Source: Chrysomallon squamiferum (lineage: Eukaryota; Animalia; Mollusca). From it: 64,000 nt of DNA. Shown piece by piece: positions 28,480 through 42,949 of the stretch (positions within the stretch are counted from its first letter, which is position 1; every line of letters starts with the position of its first letter). The stretch lies in assembly GCA_012295275.1 (NCBI GenBank), contig CM022672.1:33790001-33854000 (forward strand), given 5' to 3'. The position numbers were made by a program, and so were the translations under genes. The notes beneath the pieces were generated by a model that did not search any database, had not been told where the DNA came from, and was given only the letters and a program-made list of their open reading frames with translations.

Positions 28480-28688
28480 TGTGTGTGTGTGTGTGTGTGA
28501 TTACTCTAATCTGCTTCATTAATCAGAAATATTATTAGCTGTCGAGAATGAAAAAAGAAATATTCGTTCAAGCTGATTGTTAGATTGATACAGTGAAAAG
28601 GGACAAAGAATGAAAAAAATGATATTGGAGTCTGAAATACAGTCAAATTTTTTATTATCTATTTGATAATTTATTTATCAGTATTATA

Positions 28689-28728
<40 letters not shown>

Positions 28729-28758
28729 TTTATTAAATAATTATTTTTTTTTTTTCTT

Positions 28759-28793
<35 letters not shown>

Positions 28794-29168
28794 GCACCCT
28801 CGGAAAACTTAATATTTAATAATAAAAAGATTTATTATCATCTGTTGTTGTTTTTATTGTGACACATTTAATAAATCTTCTCCATTTAGCCAAGTATAAT
28901 TATGTCAGTAATATTACAATTCTGATGAACATAAAACATTTATTTAAAAAAAAAATTTTTATTTCTTTTTTTTAATGTCAGATATTTTCTCTCTTATAAA
29001 AGTGTGCAGTGGTAATTTACGAAATTTTTGTGAATTTGAAGAAATATAAACAAACAAATTTTAAATATTTTATAAAATAAATATTATGTAGATAAATAGC
29101 CATATATGGATACTTGTAATATAGATATAAGGATAGGTAGATAGATAGAAAGATTATCTAGAGATGTA

Positions 29169-29204
<36 letters not shown>

Positions 29205-29845
29205 ACACACACACACACACACTATGATTACACTGAATTATATATAAAAATTTTAATTAACCTGTTCCTGTATATACATGTTATATTATAAGTTGCTGAG
29301 GAGTATTTGTTTTTAATTCATATCAAGTCATGCAGACCTAACACCTGTTACATGGTTAGATGTTGAAACAGGATCTTTGTTTTTTAATTTTTGTGCTTTT
29401 ATAAATTCAGTGCAGTGTTTAAAAAAGATTAATATGAATCAATTATGCATTGGTGTTTGCATGCATAGTGTATGGCATAGGAATTTGATTAGGAGTTTGT
29501 GGGTTATGTTAGCGAATATTTGTCTGTACACGTTTGCTTATGTATGTGTATGTGTGTATATATGTGTGTATATCTGTGTGCTTGTGTGTGTGTGTGTGTC
29601 CATGTGTGTGTGTGTGTCCCTCATGGTCTGTGTGTCTGTGTGTATATGTTTGAGTACATTGTCTCAGTATATGTGTATGTATTGTGTATGAGTATATACA
29701 TGTGAGTTTGTGTGTGTGTGTGTATGTTTGAAGATGTGTGTATGTTTGTAATTGTCTATGAAGGTTATGTTTACTTGAACAGAATTTGTAAAGGTCACAT
29801 GCACTTAACTCTTTAGTCCAGTTGAATATTTACCTTTTCTTTTTT

Positions 29846-29924
<79 letters not shown>

Positions 29925-30346
29925 TTTTGACCTAAAATTAACAAGTGTAGGCCAGAACTGTGTTCATGTACGTAACACATAGATTTTACATTACTGAACT
30001 TGTTACACGTGTAACGTGTTTCTGACCACCAGGAAGTAACACCCTTGTTACAAGACACTTGGTTACATTCTACACCTGTACAAAACTATTCCACTCACAC
30101 CTGAAACCTCTTGGCATATCAAGGTCACACGGAAATGTTTGTACAGACAGACAGACAGACAGTATATTTACAAATTTAACACACAGTAATACTGATTATA
30201 AACATCAACACACAAACTTAATGTTCCTCGTAATGGTTACATAAAGTTATAATACACAGTGATGTGTGTATGTGTGCATGTTTATGTTTGTTTATGTGTT
30301 TATGTGTGTTTGCATGCTTATGTGTTTGTGTGTGCATGTGCATGTG

Positions 30347-30382
<36 letters not shown>

Positions 30383-30586
30383 GCATACTTATAAATAGGC
30401 AAATATGTCTTTACTGCACCTTAGTATTTTTTAAACAGCTAAACTCTTTTAGGAATTTTAACATTTTTATAAAAAGATTTCTTTTTCATGTAGACAGCAT
30501 GGTTTTTTAAAAATATACAGTAAAAAAAAATTCAAACACACCATAAGATTTCTTTATGACATGTCTTTGTGACATTTTTCACATTA

Positions 30587-30625
<39 letters not shown>

Positions 30626-30626
30626 A

Positions 30627-30668
<42 letters not shown>

Positions 30669-31834
30669 AGTAAGATTTATTTTTCTTACAGACATTAAGA
30701 TTTCCATTTCATATCCAAAATACATGACATTTTATCACAGAGAAATATTGTGATGTATTTTTTCAAACAACACAGTTTTCATGTTGTTACTCACACCAAT
30801 TTGAAAAGCATTTCAACAACTCTTTTGGCAGTGAAGGTTTTATTTTATTTATTCAGGTACCGAACCATTTATTCTGCATGCAGGAATCTGGAAAATCTGG
30901 CTATTCTTGGAAACTGGCCGTTTGTTTTAATTTCTGCGATGCCAAGACAGGTGAGAATGTTTTTTGTGTTTACAGGTCTCACAACACACTTTTATTTTAT
31001 TTCAGTTTATTATTATTTCTGTCTGTCTGTTAGAAACACAACTTGCTAGTGAAAAATCATAATCAGTACAGAGTATTTCAAGAATTGTAAAGAATTAATA
31101 AAGATCAAAACAGACATTACTTTAAAAGTGTGTTTTAATTTCTGTGTGTTAAATACAGTTTTATTCTTTATTTTTTTCTTTGTTTTTTTTTAATTTTATA
31201 TTTTGTTTAAAGATTTAGCCTGAATCCAGAAATCAAAATAATACTCAACTCCATACCACTTCTGGTCTCAAAGTTTTCCAGTTAAATGTTTACAGAAATA
31301 TTTTAATTTGTATTAACTCGGAGAAATAAAGAAAAAGTGTTTTTTTAGACATTTAAATGAGGTCCCAATCGAAATACAATACAGACACACTGACGTGTGT
31401 ATGAAAAGACAGGAAATATAAAAAATGATATCAGCAGACGCAGTCATTGTTAAAATCAGCACATTGAATACCAGGTATCACACCAGTAATGTAATTCTGA
31501 AGTATTAAACATGTCAAGTAAGCTTTGTATGCCACACCCAACTGTTAAAAAAAAAAAAAAATTAAATTGGAATGTGTTGAGCAGAAAATATGATGCTGTT
31601 TTCCAAACAACCGTGAACAAAGGGTAGCTGTTGTTGTGAGACAGACTGGTATTGAACGGAAATAAAAGATGCTTTTATTTGATTGTTGTTTTTTCATTTT
31701 TATGTTTTGTTTGTTTGTTTGTTTGTTTTGGGTTTTTTTTTTTTTTTTCTTGGTTTTTTTCATGCATGCTTTCTGTGTATTAAGATCTTTTTCATGTAAT
31801 GTGCTTAATATAACTATATAAATTATACAACTAG

Positions 31835-31931
<97 letters not shown>

Positions 31932-33757
31932 TTAATTATGTGTATGTTGAAAACCAAATACATACCAAGATGTATTTTATGCAAGTGATTAAATTAAAAG
32001 GTTTTAATAGAAGAAATATATTATTACTTTCATTATCATTATAATCATCATCATCATTATCATCATCATCATCATCATCATTATTTGTCTAAAGGCTTCC
32101 AACTCTGAATAATGAAAATCAAAGTTGGCTAATTTTCACACTCATTTTTTATTTTTTATTTTTTAACCTAAGCTCAAAAAAAAAAAAAAATTAACTATAT
32201 AAAAGAAATTAATATTATAGTAATAAAAAAAAAATTTAGTAAAAATAAATAAATAATAAACCATGAAGAAATTCCTTTAAAATATTTATTTTCATAAAAA
32301 AAAAAAAAAGTTTTTGTAACAATGAACCAAATAAAACAATGTAACACGTACAAAGACAACATTACAAAATTTACTATGCTGTTGACAGCATCGTTCAGCA
32401 TCATCGCTGTCAACCATCAACAACCTGACAAATATTTGCTGTACCTGTCACATGTGTGAAAATCACTCAGCTCACAGGTAAACTTGTCCAGGTAAATAGG
32501 TAACAGTTTAACTGACAGATATACAGGGATTGCACTGTATGATCTTTGTATTACCACCATATTTACAACAGTTACATTACAATTATAGATAAAAAGGTAA
32601 TAGTTACATTGTAATAATAGTAAATAGGTGATGGTTTTACAAGTTACAGTGACTTTGTTACAGTCATAAATTATAATAGGTAATAGTTACATTATAAGTT
32701 TTTAATTAACGTATGTATTGTATGATCTATGTATTACCATCATAATGTAATAGTTAATAGTTACATAATAATTATTGTAAATAGGTAATAGTTTAATTAA
32801 CAGATGTATGGACTGGACTGTATGATCTATGTTTTTACATAATTGTTGTAAGTAATAGTTATAAAGTTATTATAGGTGAATGAACAACAGTCTAATAGTT
32901 GCAGCACTCATATTTATGATCTCTGTTTTCACCATTTATTATGGTAAACAGTATAAGTAGTAGTTACTACACAACTGTAGGTAATATGTTACATATATAC
33001 TTGATCTATGTATTAACAACATGTACAGTCATAATAATTATAAACATGTAATAGTTACATTATGATTATAGTAACTAATAGGTAACAGGTAATAGTTACA
33101 TAATTATTGGTAAATAGGTAATAATTTGTTACAGAGATTTTATGTAACAGATAATAGTTATGTTAATAGTATAACTAAAAGAAACAATAGAGTTTTGTCT
33201 CTCCCATTTGTGTTGGCTACATAAAACCATCATCATAAAGAGAAAATAGGGTTTTAACCTGTTTATATGAATATAATCTATAAACTTTGATGACCATAAT
33301 GTATATGAATTATCACACGTAATGTATGCTATACAATGTATTATCACATTTACTATCATTGTAATTATAGGTAAATACGTACTAAATTAACATGTTAAAG
33401 GGTTTTTATTGAGAAATCTGTGAAGATAATAGTTTATGGGAATCACATTGCAGTTTCTATTCTATCAACATATTACCATTGTCACGATGTGTAATATCTT
33501 TATAATATTCTGAACATTATAATTTAACTACCATGTTATACAGATCATGAAATCTGTGATAAGTTTATGGGAATCGCATAGTAGTGTATATTCTATAGCT
33601 GTATTTACCAGTGTGTTATTATCATAATATGTTAAGTATTACAGTTTAACTAGCATGTTATATGGATCATACTCTGAAATCTGTGATGATAATAAAGTTT
33701 ATTACATAGCAGTGCTGTTCTGTTAGTGTATTACCACTCTGTACTAACAATTTTAAA

Positions 33758-34047
33758 TACAGGTATCAATTATTCAGCATCCTGAAATCCAGAAAGACCA
33801 GAATACCAGAATTTTTTTCCCCTTGCTCTTTTTACAGTTCACACAAACTACTCTTTCAAGCCTCATGACGTTCATTCACTCGCCGCATTGTTTACGTGTC
33901 GAGTCACAAGAGTTTTTTTTTTTTTTTAGTTTTAAAATGTTTATGTTTAATTATTTACATTATTTAGATGCCTTGGTACCAGAAAAATCCAGAAATCCAG
34001 AATGCCTCAGGCCCCAAGGAGTCCAGATAATTGGTCTGGTATCTGTA
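33758..34047. mobile_element. Degenerate Tigger/pogo-like non-autonomous element (MITE)
   Basis: TA-bounded imperfect terminal inverted repeats: TACAGGTATCAATTATTCAGCATCCT at the left versus the reverse complement of the right end, TACAGATACCAGACCAATTATCTGGACTCCT. Subterminal (A/T)CCAGAA motifs recur. Confidence 0.55.
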
Positions 34048-35139
34048 TTTACAATTTAACTAGAATGTTATAGGGCCCATGTTCTATGTTCCCTGATACT
34101 TTATAGTAAATTATTGTGCAGTATCTTAACCTTCCCTATCAACTGTTTGTATTGCAGCCATGTACTGTTGATATAATTACAGGTAAAAAATATGTAATTA
34201 ACAAACAACAGGGATTCTGCACCATGGACAAACATGGTCAAGCCTTTTAACACCAAGACTGACAGCTTTTAGGATCAATACCTATAAACGTATCCTTTGA
34301 AACAACATGACGCACTGTTCAAACTAATCTGACTTTACTAAACCACTAATCCAAGGATGACAAGGCAGATTCCTGACAGATAAACTAAACCATTAGAGGA
34401 TTAGGACTTTAGGAAAGTTTGATTGATGGGTGATGTGTTTATGGTGTGTTACATCATCAGATATACCTGCAGGGTTAATAATTAGAGGTAATGACAACAG
34501 ACAGGTGTAATGTGTGTGTGTGTGTGTGTTACAGATGTTGTGACATACTGCAAATATTACATAATGGATACCTTACTGAAGAATTTCTTGTTTACAGTTT
34601 ATAGAATATACTGTTTCTTTTTCTGGAAATTTTATTTATTTATTATTATTATTAAAAAAAATTTTCGAAATAAAAAAAATTTTCTTTTTTTGGATCAATG
34701 TAATCATGTGTATATATATATATATAAAATTTTTTTTTTTTTTTTTTATTTAATTTTTTTTTTTTTGTTTTTGTTCCCCTAATTCAATTTAACATAAAAC
34801 TGAAATTAAAATGATATCCTGTATAAAACATGCCTAATATACTCATTTACAGAAAAATAACTAAAAAGTTTTATTGTATTTTATTTCATGGTCCAATTTT
34901 TATTTTACTTTTCATTCTTGTATACAGTGAAAATAGCAAATACCAACTGAATGCTTTTAATGATCATAAAGAAAATGTTTTAAAAAATTAATGAACTTAA
35001 TTATGGAATAATAAATTATAAATTAAAACAAACGAAATATGAAAACAATTATTCTATAAAAACAAAATAATGCTATTCTTGTTTTACAATACTTCAAAGT
35101 TATTAAGATTATTTTTATAAAAATAATTATCAGTTTTCA

Positions 35140-35309
35140 AAAACTATTAGTTGACTTACTGTGTGTCTGTGTGTGTGCGTGCGTGCGTGCATGTGTTTGT
35201 TTTCGAATGTGTATTTATGTGAGCGTATGTAAGTTAATGTAACCCATGACGTTACGAAATATAATTTTTTTTTTTTTTTTTTTTTTTAATTGTAATAATT
35301 GCACTGGTC

Positions 35310-35345
<36 letters not shown>
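35140..35345 (+). repeat. Direct repeat copy A (about 200 bp); partner at about 40725-40935
   Basis: Shared TTATTAGTWGACTTACTGTGTG...GAATGTGTATTTATG...GTTAATGTAACCCATGAC...TTTTAATTGTAATAATTRCACTG followed by (TAT)n. Confidence 0.85.
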
Positions 35346-35366
<21 letters not shown>

Positions 35367-35583
35367 TATTTATTTATTTATTTATTTTTATAGTTTTATT
35401 TTATTTCAGTGTTTGCGCTAACGCAATAATAACGGTACTGTACTCCCACTGTGGTTTAATGTGTTATGTCACAGACAACAACAAAAAACACAAAAAAAAA
35501 ATGGTGTCCTAACCATATCAGTTTCAAACACTATTGTTAAAAAATAAATAATTTTAAAAAACAAAAACAATAATAACACTTAC

Positions 35584-35659
35584 CCCAGACATTTAACCAT
35601 CCTTCAACTCGACACGGGAAACTCTCGATTTGAAACTTTCGTTTCTGAGTCGCCATCAT
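35584..35659 (-). CDS. raskol: Coding exon 1 of a raskol/DAB2IP/nGAP/SynGAP-family Ras GTPase-activating protein-like gene (MMATQKRKFQIESFPCRVEGWLNVW-G)
   Basis: ATG at 35659 lies in the CpG-rich region. It is followed by 25 codons plus 1 nt and a consensus donor G|gtaagt (phase 1). The segment 'FPCRVEGWLNV' looks like PH-domain strand beta1 and matches my recollection of the N-terminus of Drosophila raskol (CG42684) long isoforms. Confidence 0.85.
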
Positions 35660-36230
35660 GATTAGGTAACAATCCACACGATTAAAACGCGCATCGTTTC
35701 CACAACGTTGTTAAAAAACCGCTTAAATCCATCCTATTGAAACCGCACGCGAAACTGTCGCAGCCGTCTACGACGTACAATAACAGTCACACTAGTCTGG
35801 GCGCCTTTTCAGGTAGCAGCAGCACTACGCTAATATGGCGTAGTAATATATTTCACCCTCCACTATAACAGTACCGCGAATACTCATCTACATGCACACG
35901 AGCAAGTATCTGTCATTCTGCGTGACGTTTTCGTTACGTACAGTTCAGCTGTATAACAAAAAAATTTACGCGGTTATATTTGAAAAAAAAAAAAAGAAGT
36001 GTTATACGGGAGATACGTCACGAACTGCCGGTGAACTATATTGTTATTGTACATCCAAGACCGCGCGGTGTTGTAAGGTTAAACCATGTGCTTGTCGTGG
36101 CTAATTTTAGACTGTGGAAATCCTCGCTGACAGTCGTAGATCGGCCGAAGCGAGGCGGTAGTGACTCAGTTAAATGTGTTACCCGCGCTAAAAAGAAGAA
36201 ATGATAACGTGATTGGCGTGCGTCAGTATA
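35660..36230 (-). promoter_or_regulatory. CpG-rich promoter/5'UTR of the RasGAP-like gene
   Basis: Dense CpGs immediately upstream of the exon 1 ATG, an ATTGG (CCAAT) at about 36212, and a YY1-like ATATGGCG inside a 7-bp inverted repeat at 35824-35844. Confidence 0.65.
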
Positions 36231-37578
36231 GTATTAATAGTTTTTACTGTTCGATTGATTGTTCCGATTATTATTAATAATAATATTACTTTTGCGTTTT
36301 AGTTCTCTCTCTCTCTTTCTTTCTCTCATCCTTTCTTTCTCTTTCTTTCTCTTTCTCTCTTCTTTCTCTCTTTCTCTCTTTCTCTCTCTCATCAGAGCAA
36401 AAGATATATTTTTTATGTTGTTCTCCCTCATCATCAAGGATATAATAATAATAATGATGATGATGATGATAATACAAAGATACATGATTAATAATAATGC
36501 TACTTCTTAAAAAGACTGCCATTTATATTTTTCAAATTCTCATAACACCTGTATATTTTGAACAGTTTTAAGAACATAATGTTCTTCACAATTTAAAATA
36601 TAAAATTTAAAATATCCAATTTTTTCTTATATAAAATTAATTTAAATTTTACTGTCCTGTTTTCTTGCTATCAAGTTTCCACTATATAGTTTGTGTCTAC
36701 AAATAATGAAAATGTAATTTTGAATGTTTATGAACAACTCTGAATTATGATAATTTATAAACTAACAAGAATGAATCTTGCGCTAAAAACATTTGTCCTG
36801 TCACTGATGAAAATCGAACAATTAATTTTATGTGGCCTAATCAAATAGCAGGGTTTCCTAAACTACTTCTGTGTCATTCACCTTCGAGTTTTTTAATCAC
36901 AAACAAACATTCATTCACCCACGAAGAATTTCCCTTAGCTTTTGGATAATTTTTGTTTTATTATCCCTCTATTTATTTTTTTAAAAAAGTAAAAAAAAAA
37001 AAATTGTTATTATTGTTATTGTTATTGTTATTGCTGTTATTATTATTATTTATTTATTTATTTATTTATTTTATTAATAATCATTTCAATACTGCATTAA
37101 AAAAAAATGCCGATGACTCGGTCTGAAGTGACTTTTGTTACTAGTTCCCGTAGCTTCTCCTCAACATTGTTATTAATACGGGTTAAAATAAATAATATTT
37201 TAAAAATTTAAATTATTAGGGAAAGAATAGAATATACTAGTTGGTAAACAATAACAAAAATAATAAAAACAATAACAAATAAACAATATTTATGTAAATA
37301 CGTCTATTTGCCAATGTTATGATGTTGATATAATTCTGTTAAGAGACGTATTTCAAGGTACATTTTTTTTTAAATTTATTTTTATAGTATTATTATTTTT
37401 TTTTTTTTATTTAATCATCATCATCGTTGTTTTTCTACCACTACATGGAATTAGTATTAAATAGCAATTAAATAATAATTTTAAAAAAAATAATAATAAT
37501 AATAATAATAATAATTAATTAATTAATAACAATAACAGTAACAATTACATAACCATAACAACAATAGCAATAACTTTA

Positions 37579-37615
<37 letters not shown>

Positions 37616-37619
37616 AAAT

Positions 37620-37664
<45 letters not shown>

Positions 37665-37859
37665 CAAACCTGTCGCTACTGTAAAAGGAAGAGTTCATTT
37701 TGAACATTCAGGTTGTCTTTATAGTCTGAAATTAAACAGAGTACCTGAAGTTATTAAGCAGAAGTTTTCAAAATACAAAATTTAATAAATAAATAAATAA
37801 ATATATAAAGAATATAGTTGAAATTAAGCATTGTTACCGTATTATACAAAAGGTCTTCA

Positions 37860-37921
<62 letters not shown>

Positions 37922-38723
37922 GATTTAAAACTAAGCATTACAGACTGTATTTATTATTACAAAAGATCTTAAAAAAAAAAAAAATAAAATAAAAAAAAAA
38001 ACACCACTGAAATTGAGCAATAATTACCGTACATATTACACACAAAGTTTTCAAACAATAATTAAAAAATACTATTCATTAGTCTCACTGAAATAAACTT
38101 TATTTACAATTACAGTAAAAAAAACTGTTTACTTAAAATGATCAAAATCCAAATTTGTTGCAATACCTCCTGGTGAAAAATTATTTCTGTGGCAAAGTTG
38201 TTTTGTCAACTAATACTGAGAATGATTTTGTTATCATTTCAGATATTGCTTTAAATTATAGCGCATGTTCGTTTTAACATTTCTAAAAATAACATTTTTG
38301 TGAGCAGGTGTCAAAACTGATTTTCGTGCGGTTTGTTCAGTCCCCCCCCCCCCCGAACGCACACCCCTAATTTCTGTTGACTGGGACGAGGTTATTTTAT
38401 CATCCATATCACTTTATTGTTGTTTTCAATTGTATGTTTATTAAAACGATGCTAACCTGGAGTCGAATAAAAACAACATTTCAGTTTTACGAACCTAAAT
38501 TTATAATTTACTGCATGGTTGCAGTTAATAAAAAATTGCTGTTGTTTTTTTTTTTTTTATTTACTTTTTATTATATTCATTTTTTTTTTTTTCGTTGTTT
38601 GTTTTTATTTTATTTATTTATTTATTTATTTATTTATTATTATTATTATATACACTTTTATTATTTTATTTATTTTATTTTATTTTATTTTATTATTATT
38701 TTTATTTATTTTATTTATTTATT

Positions 38724-38725
<2 letters not shown>

Positions 38726-38792
<67 letters not shown>
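38726..38792. repeat. Poly(T) tract of about 67 nt preceded by (TTTA)n
   Basis: Direct reading. Confidence 0.95.
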
Positions 38793-39518
38793 CAAAAACT
38801 CACCAAACGAAACAGACAACAACGTGAGTCTGAGCGCTCACTGAGCATTCACGCTTTTGTCGATCGATATTCAAATTAGCTATTGTTACAATCATTACGT
38901 GCGGAATACCTCAGTAAAAAAAAAACAACAACTTTTAAACAGCGACAGAGAATAAGAACAGACGCCTGAAACAAACATCATAAAATTTTATTTTATACTT
39001 GCATGCTGTTTTATTTAATTTGACTTGTAAATACAAGTTTTGTTATCCCTAAGCAAATACATTACTTTTGTGATGACTGCAAAGTCGTCAATAAATCGCA
39101 AACAAGAGAAAGAGTTTGTGCAAAACGCTATATAAGATTGAGTCCATTTAATACATGCATCTTCGATATTTTAATTTGTTTTATGACTAAAATCAAAAGA
39201 ACATTCGTTGTGTTGATTAACCATCTATTTTTTTTTTTTTTTATAACATACCTGCTGTACTTCTGCTACTACAAATTTTTCATACTGCTAATAAAAGATA
39301 ATACCTAAATCGATAATATTTTTCTATTTATCTGTCTTTCTATTTGTCTTTCTGTCTATCTGTTTGTATTTCTATTTATGTTTATTCATCTATTTATCTA
39401 TCTATTTGTCTTTTTATATGTCTATTTGTCTAGTTATATGTTTATCAGTTTATATATTTGTCTGTCTATTTATGTAGCTGTCTATATCTATCTGTCGTTT
39501 TTTTATTTATTTGTGTAT

Positions 39519-39573
<55 letters not shown>

Positions 39574-39719
39574 TTATATATATGTATATGTTTAATTTGT
39601 TGTCAGTAGTGGAATATAGAATAAGTGAATAAATCATGAAAATCATCTTCCTAATCATTTTTCTTCTTCTTTTTGCTGCGTCACAAAATAATTTAGTTGA
39701 ATATCATATATTTAGTTAA

Positions 39720-40225
39720 GTATGTAACATACCAGCTGTCGAGTTTAAATAGACATAAGACGACATGTTTATTTAACCATACTAATAGACGTGTTTAAAC
39801 AGACAAGACATTATACTCTCTTCTCTTTAGATAATTATCTAACAAACTAACAGACCTGTTTAAATAGACATAAAACATCATATTCTTTATTAGGTAATTA
39901 TCTAACATCATCTCTCTTCTGTCGAGTTAATTGTCTAACATACTAACAGTCCGTTTACATAGAAATAAGACATCATATTCTTTATTAATTAATTATCTAA
40001 CATACTAACAATTCTCTTTAAATAGAAATAAAACATCATATTCTTTATTAATTAATTATCTAACATACTAACAGTCGTGTTTAAATAGACATAAGACATG
40101 ATTTCTCGTCTCTGTAGTTAATTATCTAACATACTAACAGTCTCATTTAAAGACAAGACCCTATATTTCATTCAGTTATCTAACATACTAACAGAGGCGT
40201 TTAGATACTGTTTATCTAACAACAG
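39720..40225 (+). repeat. ~59-bp degenerate minisatellite (AATTATCTAACATACTAACAG...TTTAAATAGACATAAGACATCATATTCT)
   Basis: Repeated anchors about every 59 bp. Confidence 0.85.
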
Positions 40226-40588
40226 GTAATGCTCTGATATGTTTCCTATAAAATACTGCGTCAGAAAATAATTTACCTGCCGTTTGTAACAGTGACTAAT
40301 GCAAATCAATGTCAAAAAAAAAAATGTTTTAAAACTTGTTTTCTTCAGATATGTGTGTGTGTGTGTTATAATTACCACCTATCCTATGCGGAAAAAAACA
40401 ACAAACAATCGTTTTATTTTGTAATAAAGTATCAAGTTTACAGTTTGGAATTTTATTTAACAAAGATATCGACAAGGGTCAAATTAACTATAAAATACTT
40501 AAACTGCTGTAAATACATAACATAGAAAATGACTCATTGTAAATTACCTTAATACATTATTAATTTAATGTATATATGGGTGTGTGCG

Positions 40589-40626
<38 letters not shown>

Positions 40627-40724
40627 AGTAACTGTTTATTTATTTTTAATGATGCAGTTAAAATATTACTTTCATACAACAACAACATCGACTTCGAGGT
40701 CAAATCGTTGACATCAGCATGAAA

Positions 40725-40894
40725 TTATTTTATTAGTAGACTTACTGTGTGTGTCTGTGCGTGCGTGTGTGCGTGCATGTGCTTGTATTTGTTTTTGAAT
40801 GTGTATTTATGGGAGCGTGTGTGAGTTAATGTAACCCATGACTTGTCGACTTATACAGTTTCTTTCTTTTTTAATTGTAATAATTACACTGTTC

Positions 40895-40935
<41 letters not shown>
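40725..40935 (+). repeat. Direct repeat copy B (about 200 bp); partner at about 35140-35345
   Basis: Same shared sequence as copy A. Confidence 0.85.
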
Positions 40936-40976
<41 letters not shown>

Positions 40977-41269
40977 GGTGGTGGTGGTGGTGGTAGTAGT
41001 AGTAGTATTTATATGGATGAGATCGCAAAACAAAACAAAACAAAATATAAACAAACAAGAACAGTCTTGGAATCGTAGTTCGGAAAAATCTATCCTAGGC
41101 ACACAGCTGGATACGTTTGATGTTAACTGTAACAAAGTCACACATAAATGTTGTCACCGTGTCACCACCACAGGTGTCACACAATGTCAGACTGTTCGTT
41201 CTGAACCGGATCAAAGAGAAAATGATGTAACACCGAAATAGACAGTCAGTAACATAGAAACACACTGTC

Positions 41270-41545
41270 GCCTATATGTCGTCACAGTACTTACTACAAA
41301 GTGAGGCTGCACATCGTGACGTCACAGGGACGTCTATATAAGGAACTTACGGCGACTGGTTTTATGAGTCATTGAGTGTAAGCTGGGAATAGGAATAATA
41401 AATCAAGAATCCTTTTCCTGGAAAGAGGCAAGCAGCATATGTAATCTTTTACGACAAGTTTTTTTTTTTTTTTTTTTTTTTTATAACGCGCTCAAATTAC
41501 TTGTTATTTATTATTTTATTACGTCGTGACGTCACTATAACATAC
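41270..41545. promoter_or_regulatory. CRE-TATA-AP1 module in the intergenic CpG-rich region
   Basis: GTGACGTCAC at 41316-41325 and 41526-41535, TATATAAG at 41335-41342 and ATGAGTCAT at 41364-41372. Confidence 0.5.
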
Positions 41546-42949
41546 AGCCTTATCCAGATAGGTTCAGTTTAAACGACAAATGTACTAGTATCTGCTATTA
41601 TTAATTAATAAGTAGTAGTCAAATAAATAAATAAATAAATAAATATTTAAATAAATAAATAAATGAAATATTTATGAAAATAATTATATAAATAAATAGG
41701 TTTATAAGTAATTAAATAAACAAACAAACAAACAAATAAGTATTAAATAGATTAATAAATAAAAAAACGAAGATTAGTTATCGTTTTATGTCACATTATA
41801 CAAAAGCATGGCATACAAAAATGTTTTGCTGATATTATATACACGTAATATGTTTGTTTTGTTGTTGCTGTTGTTTGTTGTTGTTTATTTTTTGTTTTTT
41901 TTTTTTTTTTTTTTTTTGCTGTCTTTTTTTTTATTCTTTATTTTTTAAACAACTCTTTTTCTTTTTCTTTTTTCTTAATCCACATCTATCGAAAATTAAA
42001 TACATTAAAACGACACCGCACACAAAACATTAATAACAGCTCCAAATACATTTTCTATGAGATTTCATTCAATTTTCCGTCTCGTACCAGAAATTATTAT
42101 TATTATTATTTTTATTATTATTAAATAACTTTATTTATCCAGTGGAAATTTCTTCACGCTTACAAAACGTTATTAGCTTGTGGCGTTTGTCAGTTTCCCT
42201 GATATTAAATTACCTTGTAACGTTGTCGTCGTCTGCATTTGCTCCTCCAAAACGACGTGTCGGACGTAGCAGACGACGCGATATCCTTGACCGAAAGATG
42301 ATTAAGATGAACTAATTTAATTACAGTCGGTGTTTATCCCCTGGAGAAGGGTTTACAATATAGATCTACCGCAATAACAAGATATGTTTATATATATATA
42401 TTGATTATTTCCGCAGTTATTGCAAACCATATTGTCCGGGAACTGAAAAAAACAAACATTTTATTAACAAAATGGTTGACAGAAATGAAAAAAAATATAT
42501 ATATATATTTATAATTGTGGAGATATTTCGGTTTGTTTAAGACTGAATTTAAGTTTTCCTAGTGTTTTGTGGGGTTTTTTTTAAATGTGCGATTGCTTGC
42601 TTATTCACCGAGTGATAGCGTTTAATATTATATTTAGTGTAAAAATAAATAAATAAATAAATAAAAAAAACGAGACAGAATAAAAGATGAACATAAGAGC
42701 TGGGACATTTAGCGGCGGAGCTATATTTTCAAGGGGCCTGACGTTTAAGCTTCATTAATTTCGTAACTGAACAACCAACCCCCCCCCCCGCTGATTCACT
42801 GTCAACATGACATCTACCTACACGCATGCACTCACACAGGTACACGCGTATCCACAGCTCTAACAAAGCTCCGAAAGTATTCAGGCGCTGAAACTTTAAA
42901 TTATCGATTTTTCTTTTTCTCTGTTATAAATAATAAACAGTTTGTAACT

